The notes under the pieces are model-generated. The model was not told the origin of the DNA and searched no databases. It worked only from the letters and a program-made list of their open reading frames with translations. 32,000 bases of DNA from sequence record OM513680.2; one strand, written 5' to 3'. How positions within the stretch are numbered: position 1 is the first letter of the stretch; each line of letters opens with the position of its first letter. Position numbers and translations under genes: made by a program. Origin of the DNA: Erwinia phage Loshitsa2. Shown here in pieces: positions 24,900 through 32,000 of the stretch.

Positions 24900-27446
24900 A
24901 TGGCTAATTCATGGCAAACCGAAATCGGTGCCGCTGGTCAAGTAACCATCACCGTCAATATCCCGTATCTCTCGCAGTCTGACATTTCTGTGTATGCCAA
25001 TGGCAACGAAGTGAAACCGCTGACGTGGGACTCTGCTACTGTTGTTCACCTACCTGCTGCCCTGAAAGGTGGTGAGGAAATTCTGGTCATGCGCCGTACT
25101 GAGCGTGATGCTCTGCGTATCCAGTTCTCTGAAGGTGCCGCGTTTGACCGCAGCAATCTGGATGAGCAGAACACCCAATTCCTGTATCTGTCTCAGGAGC
25201 TGGTTGAAGGTCGAAGCATTGAAGGCTTCTATGGTGACATTTCGATGAACACCTTCCGCATCACTAACCTTGGCACACCTATCTATGATACGGATGCAGC
25301 CAACAAGAAGTATGTGGATGCTGAAGTACAGGAAGTGAACCAGAAAGCAATCCGTGTCCCTGAAGCAACTGTCGCCCCGACGCCTACTCTGGCCGGACGC
25401 CGCAACAAGCTGCTGGGCTTCGACAGCATTGGCAACCCTGTATCGGCAACTCCAATCGAAGGCTCTGCAACTGAGCTGGAACTGGCGCTGCAAGATATTG
25501 ATGGCCTGTCACTGATTGGTCGTGTCCCTTCGCTGGTTGAGCTGCGTGCTCTGGCACCAAAGCAGGACCGTCGCTTCGTGAACGTCGTGGCCTATAAAGC
25601 TGGCGGCACCAAAGGTGGTGGCTTCTTCGAATACATGGGAACTGACACCACGTCTGCGGATGATGGCGGTCTGATGATTGTCGGTCTGAATGGTGCCCGT
25701 TGGCGTCGTGTGATTGACCTGAGTGCTGTAACCATCGAACACTTCGGTGCTGTATCTGATGGCGTCACTGATGACATCGAAGCGCTGAAGCGTATGCACG
25801 CATGGTCCCGTACCCTTGATGCTACGTTCGGCCCCGGCATTGTTCTCGGCCCCGGTATCACCGCTATCTCTGATTGGGATTTGGGAACTGCTGAGATTCC
25901 AGCATTCAAGATGCGTGGACCAGAAGTTGCCTATGGCCGTATCCCACGTGCTCAGTTGAAGTTGATTGGTAACACTGCTGCATATGCGCTGCGCTTCAAA
26001 GCCCGCCGTATGGAAGTGGCTAACCTGAACATCAATGGTGCCGGGTCTACTAAAGGCTTCCTTGAGAATACCGTGACTCGTGGCGACTACTGTCGTATCC
26101 ATGCGATTCAGGCGCGTGCCATGACCGGGCGTACCTTCCATGTGTTTGACACCATCGACACCACTGTATCACAGTGCTACTCTTCACAGGGTAAGGCGTC
26201 GTTCTTCCGTACCGATTGGTCGAATGAGAATCCGGGCGCATGGGACCACCCAACCGCTATCAAGATTATCGACTGTAACTTCGAAGGTCACACCGGAGAG
26301 TTCGCGGTATCTGCGATTCGTGCTGGTCAGTCTGTGATGGACACTGTTTGGTTCGACCACTGTAATCAGGGATTCGATATCTCGCAGGGTGGTTGGTTGC
26401 TGAACAACGTGACGCAGGAGAACTCAACTCTGCCATCCGGCGCACAGTACGCCAAGGTTATCCAAATCAAATGCCGCTTCGCACAGGGTGCTGGTTTGAG
26501 TCCTGACGTATCTGGTTATGACCCGGCGCAAGACCCGTCTGGCTCAATGCCGTCGTGGGTGAACTCCGTTTATGAACGTGGCACCGCGAACTTTGACCAG
26601 CTTGGCTTCCTGAACACAGGTAGCATGAGCTTCGGGTACGAGTCATCTCAGTACAAGATGAGCAACATGACCAACAACGCAGTTTGGTACGAGCTGGGTA
26701 CGCTGGGCTTCTCTGGAGCTACTGGCGTAAGCTGTGATATCGAACTGGTGGGTACAGGTCACTTTGACTCAGCAGTATCTGATGCTCGGGCAGCAAGCAC
26801 CAACTTTGGTGGTGGTAAGGCTGTTATCCGCGTCCAGCAGAAAGACAGCAACACCAAGATGGCGGCATCGTGGTACGGTGAGCAGGCTTCACCTATCTCT
26901 GACGTTCGTATCCTGTTGGGTAACAAGAACCGTCCGCGTATCTTCGTGCAGTTGCGAGGCTACACAGGTGGCGTTGCTACCACATTCCATACCAATGACA
27001 AATCGAACTTCGAGGGTGGTCAGCACTTCTACCTCTCCCCGGTGTTCACTGCTATTGATATGGCAACAGTCCCAGCGGCTGTACAGGTTCCGGCACACTG
27101 GAGCGTGAACAACTCTACCTACGGGTTGGGTATGAACATGACCGATGGTAAACTGGTGATGGATGGTCCGGCTCTGCCTGCGACTAATGCCAGCTCCCAC
27201 CTGCCAATCCAGTACAACGGCTCGGAGATTCTGCTGGCTGTTCAGCCTAATCCACAGACTACCCGTGTCCAGCACTGTACGCTGGCAACCCTGCCACGCG
27301 CTACTGAAAACCCGTGGAGTTCCATCATCGTCACTGACGCAGTATCTGGTAACGGTGTCACTCAGGCCCGACTATGCTTCTGCAACGGTCTGTTCTGGTA
27401 CACCGCTGACGGCTCTGTTAGTCTCGGCGCTGGTGTATCCGCATAA
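24900..27446 (+). CDS. Tail fiber/tailspike with T7 gp17-like N-terminal anchor and pectate-lyase-like beta-helix (848 aa)
   Basis: N-terminus matches the T7 tail fiber domain pattern (TVNIPYLSQSDISVYANG...LRIQFSEGAAFDRSNLDEQNTQFLYLSQE). VTIEHFGAVSDGVTDDIEAL is a typical beta-helix depolymerase start. Confidence 0.88.
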   Translation: MANSWQTEIGAAGQVTITVNIPYLSQSDISVYANGNEVKPLTWDSATVVHLPAALKGGEEILVMRRTERDALRIQFSEGAAFDRSNLDEQNTQFLYLSQELVEGRSIEGFYGDISMNTFRITNLGTPIYDTDAANKKYVDAEVQEVNQKAIRVPEATVAPTPTLAGRRNKLLGFDSIGNPVSATPIEGSATELELALQDIDGLSLIGRVPSLVELRALAPKQDRRFVNVVAYKAGGTKGGGFFEYMGTDTTSADDGGLMIVGLNGARWRRVIDLSAVTIEHFGAVSDGVTDDIEALKRMHAWSRTLDATFGPGIVLGPGITAISDWDLGTAEIPAFKMRGPEVAYGRIPRAQLKLIGNTAAYALRFKARRMEVANLNINGAGSTKGFLENTVTRGDYCRIHAIQARAMTGRTFHVFDTIDTTVSQCYSSQGKASFFRTDWSNENPGAWDHPTAIKIIDCNFEGHTGEFAVSAIRAGQSVMDTVWFDHCNQGFDISQGGWLLNNVTQENSTLPSGAQYAKVIQIKCRFAQGAGLSPDVSGYDPAQDPSGSMPSWVNSVYERGTANFDQLGFLNTGSMSFGYESSQYKMSNMTNNAVWYELGTLGFSGATGVSCDIELVGTGHFDSAVSDARAASTNFGGGKAVIRVQQKDSNTKMAASWYGEQASPISDVRILLGNKNRPRIFVQLRGYTGGVATTFHTNDKSNFEGGQHFYLSPVFTAIDMATVPAAVQVPAHWSVNNSTYGLGMNMTDGKLVMDGPALPATNASSHLPIQYNGSEILLAVQPNPQTTRVQHCTLATLPRATENPWSSIIVTDAVSGNGVTQARLCFCNGLFWYTADGSVSLGAGVSA

Positions 27447-27455
27447 GGAGGCACT

Positions 27456-27758
27456 ATGAGTAAGCAGAAGGCCGGGTCCAAATCCCGGCTCTCTGCACTG
27501 CACGCGATGTTTACTGAAGCACTGATTAATGAACTGAAGGAGGCTGGCGCGGAGAACATCCCGCTGCCCGCCGCTGACAAGTCTGTCATTGCAAAGTTCC
27601 TGAAGGACAACGACATCACCGCAGATGCAGATGATGAATCTATGGCTCGACTCAACGATGAGTTTGAGGATGAACTGGAAGAACGCCGTAAGGCTCGTGC
27701 CAAAGCCATTATGGGCAAGGTAGGAGGCGAAGGCAACGAACTGGAAGGAATTATCTAA
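27456..27758 (+). CDS. Terminase small subunit / DNA maturase A (100 aa)
   Basis: Small acidic helical protein immediately upstream of the large terminase. Confidence 0.8.
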   Translation: MSKQKAGSKSRLSALHAMFTEALINELKEAGAENIPLPAADKSVIAKFLKDNDITADADDESMARLNDEFEDELEERRKARAKAIMGKVGGEGNELEGII

Positions 27759-29606
27759 ATGGAACTGAATCCGTTTGTGTTGAACCGTCTGCGGCTGATT
27801 GCCCAGCAGACCAATGAACTGAACTTTAACCCGCGAGGTATCGACCAAGGTAAGCGATTGGAATTGTCCATGATGCTGGCTGTGACCTTCAAAGAGTTCC
27901 GTGACTTTGCGTATGTTGGCATGAAGTTCCTCGGCTTTGACCTGACGGATATGCAGGCCGACATTGCAGATTATATGCAGTACGGCCCACGCAAGAAGAT
28001 GGTGGCGGCGCAGCGTGGTGAGGCTAAGTCCACACTGGCTGCGCTCTATTCGGTCTGGCGTCTTATCCAAGACCAGAGCACCCGCGTCCTGATTGTCTCC
28101 GGTGGTGAGCAGCAGGCATCCGAGGTTGCGACTCTGGTTATCCGTCTGATTGAAACATGGCCATTGCTGTGTTGGCTCAAGGCCGACCCATCGCGTGGCG
28201 ACCGTACCTCATACACCGCGTATGATGTGCATTGCGATTTGAAGAAGCTGGACAAGTCACCGAGTGTGGCGTGTGTCGGCGTAACCGCATCATTGCAGGG
28301 TAAGCGTGCTGATTTGCTCATCCCCGATGATATCGAAACAACCAAGAATGGTATGACTCAGACTGAGCGTGCCAAGCTGCTGACCGTCTCCAAAGACTTC
28401 GCGGCTATCTGTACGCATGGTGATACCCTGTACCTCGGTACTCCACAGACCAAAGACAGTATCTACAAGACGCTGCCTGCCCGTGGATTCGAAGTGCGTG
28501 TATGGCCGGGCCGGGTTCCATCACTGGAGATGCAGGAGAAGTACGGCGAGACGCTGGCTCCCTACATTCTGGATTTGGTGGAGCGTGGGTATGTGCGTAA
28601 AGGCTATGGCGTTGACGGTACACTCGGGCAGTCCACGGACACCGGGCGCTACTCTGAAGATGACCTGATTGAGAAGGAACTGGACTTTGGGCCGGAAGGC
28701 TTCCAGCTTCAGTACATGCTCGACACCTCACTGCTTGATGCAATGCGCACCAAGATTAAGCTGAGTGACTTGTTCATCTACTCTGGCGACCACCAGACCG
28801 CACCTGACCGCTTCATGTACGCAGCCGAGCGCCGCAACCTCGTTCCTGAGATTGAGTCGATTCGTGATGCGAAGATGTATTACCCGGCAGGTTCCGGCAC
28901 CGAGATGCTCCAGTACAAGCACAAGCTCATGGTCGTTGACCCGGCTGGCTGTGGTGGGGATGAAATCTCCTATGCTGTCGGCGGCGCGGTATCGTCCTAC
29001 ATCCACCTATTCTCTACGGGCGGGTATCAGGGCGGTGTCAGCACCGAGAACATGGATAAGGTGATTGACCTGTGCGTTGAGATGGATGTGGGTGATATTC
29101 TCATTGAGAGTAACATGGGCCACGGTACTGTCGAGATGCTGTTCGCCAACCGTTTAGCCGAACGCCAAATCACGGGCATCGGTGTCCGGGGAACCTACAA
29201 CTCTACTCAGAAAGAGCGCCGTATCATCGACACTATCTCACCAGTAACCCGCCGCCACCGCTTCGTGGTGCATGAGCGTGCGCTGGAAGATGATATGACT
29301 TCCTGCATGGCCTACTCCCGTGAGAAGCGTTTCCTGTACTCTGCGTTCCAGCAGTTGCACAACGTGACCTACGACCGAGGCTGTCTGGCGAAGGATGACC
29401 GGGCCGACGCCATTGCGATGCTGGTTGCTGAACTGAATGCTCACTTAGTTGAGGATGAAAGCAAGGCTGCTGAGAAAGCACGCGAGGGCGAAGTGAAAGA
29501 GTTCTTGGCTAACCCAATGGGCTACAACGATAACCACCATAACCGCAACGGACACAAGAAGTCCCGCGCATTCCGAAACACTGCAAGAAAACGAGGTAAG
29601 CGATGA
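27759..29606 (+). CDS. Terminase large subunit / DNA maturase B (615 aa)
   Basis: Walker A-like AAQRGEAKST, Walker B-like ADLLIPDDIE, nuclease-domain LMVVDPAGCGGDEISYAV. Confidence 0.95.
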   Translation: MELNPFVLNRLRLIAQQTNELNFNPRGIDQGKRLELSMMLAVTFKEFRDFAYVGMKFLGFDLTDMQADIADYMQYGPRKKMVAAQRGEAKSTLAALYSVWRLIQDQSTRVLIVSGGEQQASEVATLVIRLIETWPLLCWLKADPSRGDRTSYTAYDVHCDLKKLDKSPSVACVGVTASLQGKRADLLIPDDIETTKNGMTQTERAKLLTVSKDFAAICTHGDTLYLGTPQTKDSIYKTLPARGFEVRVWPGRVPSLEMQEKYGETLAPYILDLVERGYVRKGYGVDGTLGQSTDTGRYSEDDLIEKELDFGPEGFQLQYMLDTSLLDAMRTKIKLSDLFIYSGDHQTAPDRFMYAAERRNLVPEIESIRDAKMYYPAGSGTEMLQYKHKLMVVDPAGCGGDEISYAVGGAVSSYIHLFSTGGYQGGVSTENMDKVIDLCVEMDVGDILIESNMGHGTVEMLFANRLAERQITGIGVRGTYNSTQKERRIIDTISPVTRRHRFVVHERALEDDMTSCMAYSREKRFLYSAFQQLHNVTYDRGCLAKDDRADAIAMLVAELNAHLVEDESKAAEKAREGEVKEFLANPMGYNDNHHNRNGHKKSRAFRNTARKRGKR

Positions 29607-30511
29607 CATTCAAAACTTCCAACGTGACCGTTCGTATGGGCATCCGTGATGCTGCGTATCGTTTGGGCAAACTCTCTGAACTACTGACGCTGGGCCACGG
29701 CCCGGTGGATTCTCCGCTGGGTGACCAGATTGACGTGTTGGCTAACCAGATGGAGGCGGCGCTGGCCGCTGCTGGCTATACTGGCGTAGAGCCGCCAGAC
29801 GCTATCCGAGTTACTGATGGCGATGTCCTGACTGTTAGCTCTGATTCCAAGACGGCCCCGGCCAAAGCAGTTATCGCAGATGGTGCGTTGACGAAGCTGG
29901 GTCTGGTAAACGCTACTGATGGCATTGGCAGCAATGACGACGTAGCCTACATCTACGACCGCAACGATGTGAACCTGCTCCCGGTCGGCGCAAAGCTCCG
30001 GGTTATTGCAGGTGTCGTGAAGGGAATCTACTTCTCTTCCCTGACGCAGAGCACTCTGACCGATGGCCAGCCGTACAACCTGACCACTGCCCGAGCAGGC
30101 TCAACCGTAACTGGTCGCGCCCGTGTATACGTGGCAAACAACGTGGTCACGAGCTTCTATCTGGATTCTACCGCAGCTCTCCAGACAGGCGTCACAGTCC
30201 CTGTGCAGAACAGCATTGGACAGAATATCCAACCCGGTACAGTTACAGTCACCAACAACCTCGTAGCCTCAGTGAAGCTCCCAGCTAACTATACGGCGTT
30301 TGGTGACGGCATCGCACACAAGGTGACGGACGGCGCAGGCAAGACCGCGCAGGCCACAGCCAAAGTGTCCGGTGGTGTCCTGACTGACCAAACCCTTCCC
30401 GGCACTGTTGCTCTCGTAGCAGATGCTCAGGTACTGCCTGTCACTGGCGGCACCGTTACACTGGCGATTGCGAATGGCGCAATCACTGCAACCTACGCAC
30501 CTACCGCGTAA
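29603..30511 (+). CDS. Hypothetical protein, Val/Thr/Ala-rich, probably beta-rich (302 aa)
   Basis: ATGA-coupled to terminase. Beta-type pattern GTVTVTNNLVASVKLPANY...GTVTLAIANGAITATYAPTA. Confidence 0.7.
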   Translation: MTFKTSNVTVRMGIRDAAYRLGKLSELLTLGHGPVDSPLGDQIDVLANQMEAALAAAGYTGVEPPDAIRVTDGDVLTVSSDSKTAPAKAVIADGALTKLGLVNATDGIGSNDDVAYIYDRNDVNLLPVGAKLRVIAGVVKGIYFSSLTQSTLTDGQPYNLTTARAGSTVTGRARVYVANNVVTSFYLDSTAALQTGVTVPVQNSIGQNIQPGTVTVTNNLVASVKLPANYTAFGDGIAHKVTDGAGKTAQATAKVSGGVLTDQTLPGTVALVADAQVLPVTGGTVTLAIANGAITATYAPTA

Positions 30512-30528
30512 TCTAAAGGAGAAACATC

Positions 30529-30708
30529 ATGGCATATGCTAATGCAACCAAAGCACAGAAACAGGCACTGCGCGATGCGCTGGTCAACACCACTAAGCTG
30601 GTGGAGCAGGTACAGGAGTTCGGTCAACCGGGCTACGCTGCTTCTATCGACGCTCAACTCACCAAGGCTAAGACTGCACTCGACGCTGTCGTAGCTGCGT
30701 CTGCATAA
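30529..30708 (+). CDS. Small helical protein (59 aa) not in the ORF track
   Basis: AAAGGAGAAACATC before the ATG. MAYANATKAQKQALRDALVNTTKLVEQVQEFGQPGYAASIDAQLTKAKTALDAVVAASA*. Confidence 0.75.
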   Translation: MAYANATKAQKQALRDALVNTTKLVEQVQEFGQPGYAASIDAQLTKAKTALDAVVAASA

Positions 30709-30717
30709 GGAGACACC

Positions 30718-31131
30718 ATGAAACGAGCACTGGCATTACTGCTGGTGCTCTGCTTATCTGGTTGCTCTGCTACTTCAGCACTGACCGCTGCGACAGGTTT
30801 AATCGGCAATAAGCCAGACCTGACTGCGCAAGTGGGAGCAGAGAATACCAAGCAGGGCATCGGATTATCCGGCAAGTCAGATTCGTCCAGTGAGACGACT
30901 GTCAAAGATAGCACCGTGGGTTCTGTAGATTCCAGCCGCTCCAAGGCTGCGAAGGCTCAGAATATCAGTACGGGCAGTATCACCGCCGACCGAATTGAAG
31001 TACGCAACAGCGATAGCACAGCACTCATTCTCGCCTTCCTAGCAGGGCTTCTGCCCGTTGTGGCAGGTGAAGTGCTCCTACGCTATATCACACGTAAGAA
31101 AACACGACAGGAGGCGTCACAGGACGCGTAG
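30718..31131 (+). CDS. Outer-membrane lipoprotein with C-terminal transmembrane segment, candidate unimolecular spanin (137 aa)
   Basis: MKRALALLLVLCLSGC lipobox, polar middle region, C-terminal TALILAFLAGLLPVVAGEVLL followed by RYITRKKTR. Located in the lysis cassette. Confidence 0.65.
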   Translation: MKRALALLLVLCLSGCSATSALTAATGLIGNKPDLTAQVGAENTKQGIGLSGKSDSSSETTVKDSTVGSVDSSRSKAAKAQNISTGSITADRIEVRNSDSTALILAFLAGLLPVVAGEVLLRYITRKKTRQEASQDA

Positions 31132-31135
31132 CACT

Positions 31136-31375
31136 ATGTGGCATAAACACTTTGAATCCGTAACATACGGCACCAGCTCTGGCCTCACCATTGGCGGCTG
31201 GTTGCTTCAGCACCTGCCAAGCGCCGACGTTACCGCGTTGATTGCAAGCTGGGTGGGTATCCTTACTGGTATCGGCATGTTCGCCGTGACCATCTACTTC
31301 AAGGTGCGTAACTCCCGACTGTACGCACAGGCACTCAAGAAGGGGTATATGAATGGCCCGAGTAACGAAGAGTAA
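31136..31375 (+). CDS. Holin (79 aa)
   Basis: First good ATG after the preceding stop, in frame with track ORF 31058. Hydrophobic VTALIASWVGILTGIGMFAVTIYF, charged C-terminus, overlaps the endolysin start. Confidence 0.7.
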   Translation: MWHKHFESVTYGTSSGLTIGGWLLQHLPSADVTALIASWVGILTGIGMFAVTIYFKVRNSRLYAQALKKGYMNGPSNEE

Positions 31376-32000
31376 ACTGCTTGTCCGCATTATGGGCACC
31401 ATGTTCGCTGCCGTAGCTGGCACCGTTGTTTATCACGAGGGTTCCGGGTTAAGCCCGGACGGACTCGCTCACTCCTATCTGGACTCTGCTTCGGTCTGGA
31501 CTATCTGCTCAGGCGACACCAGCGGCGTTAAGCCGGGACAAGTCGAGACACCTGAGCAATGTACCGCTCGACTCAAGACATCCATTGAGAAGCACGCACA
31601 GGCGCTCTCTGACCTACCGGACGATACACCGGACTATGCTGTACTGGCTGGCGTAGACTTTGCCTACCATGTTGGCGTGTACGGGGCAAAGAACAGTACC
31701 TCGTTCAAACTGCTGAAGCAGGGCAAGTACGAAGAAGCCGGGCAGGCAATCCTGAGCTGGCGCTTTATCACGGATGACTCGAAAAGGGGTAAGCAGGGCT
31801 GGAGCTTCGTGAAAGGTCACTATCGCTACGACTGCTCAACGCCTAACAACAAGGTATGCTCAGGTATCTGGAAGCGTCGCATGTGGCAGGCCGACACTAT
31901 GTCCGGTAAGCTCGGCAACGCAACCACGGCTGAAGCTGCACTTGCTCGGTACGACAGAGCATACGCAGTGGGGAACCATTGGGTTATCCCAGCACAGTAG
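31353..32000 (+). CDS. SAR endolysin, GH24 lysozyme family (215 aa)
   Basis: N-terminal weakly hydrophobic MGTMFAAVAGTVVYHEGSG, then LDSASVWTICSGDTSG and DFAYHVGVYGAKNSTSFKLL. The stop is at the last base of the window. Confidence 0.87.
   Translation: MARVTKSKLLVRIMGTMFAAVAGTVVYHEGSGLSPDGLAHSYLDSASVWTICSGDTSGVKPGQVETPEQCTARLKTSIEKHAQALSDLPDDTPDYAVLAGVDFAYHVGVYGAKNSTSFKLLKQGKYEEAGQAILSWRFITDDSKRGKQGWSFVKGHYRYDCSTPNNKVCSGIWKRRMWQADTMSGKLGNATTAEAALARYDRAYAVGNHWVIPAQ

Noticed and set aside
27372-28070. 232-aa antisense ORF over the terminase genes
   Set aside because: It is opposite both terminase subunits, and no separate promoter or RBS is apparent.
31058-31135. Upstream extension of the holin ORF (start at 31058) giving a 105-aa protein
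   Set aside because: The extra N-terminus (MWQVKCSYAISHVRKHDRRRHRTRST) overlaps the spanin-like gene and is basic and uncharacteristic. The ATG at 31136, just after the preceding stop, gives a better 79-aa holin.
1-32000. Anti-defence, toxin-antitoxin, retron, CRISPR or mobile intron/homing systems
   Set aside because: I saw no CRISPR array, reverse transcriptase, transposase, intein boundary or homing endonuclease interrupting a gene. The single HNH-type protein matches the conserved endonuclease VII of this phage group.

Overview
The window is 32 kb of the lytic core of a T7-supergroup podovirus (Autographiviridae-like). The gene order is phiKMV-like: the phage RNA polymerase sits downstream of the replication genes, directly before the structural module. 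The window opens inside a family A DNA polymerase gene. It then runs on the + strand through a calcineurin-like metallophosphoesterase, a candidate ssDNA-binding protein with a Pro/Ala/Thr-rich tail, a 5'-3' exonuclease, endonuclease VII, a DUF3310-like protein and a single-subunit RNA polymerase. The structural module follows: portal, scaffold, capsid, two tRNAs (Tyr-GUA and Asn-GUU), tail tubular proteins A and B, and three internal virion proteins. Last come a T7 gp17-type tailspike, small and large terminase, two unknown proteins, and a lysis cassette (u-spanin-like lipoprotein, holin, SAR endolysin). Most of this is recognisable phage biology and I do not see a clearly new defence or mobile system. 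The best leads are: (1) an HExxH...E zinc-metallopeptidase-like signature inside the 1374-aa internal virion protein; (2) a lysis cassette combining a unimolecular spanin-like protein, a possible pinholin and a SAR endolysin; (3) a tRNA pair directly abutting the tail tube gene, which shows that the automated ORF start at 14271 is wrong; (4) a four-copy promoter-like motif (consensus TTTAGAGTAACACGCTTAGGAGAACTA); (5) several strong intergenic hairpins; (6) an unknown Val/Thr/Ala-rich protein between terminase and lysis genes. All family assignments come from reading motifs and gene order. No database search was run.
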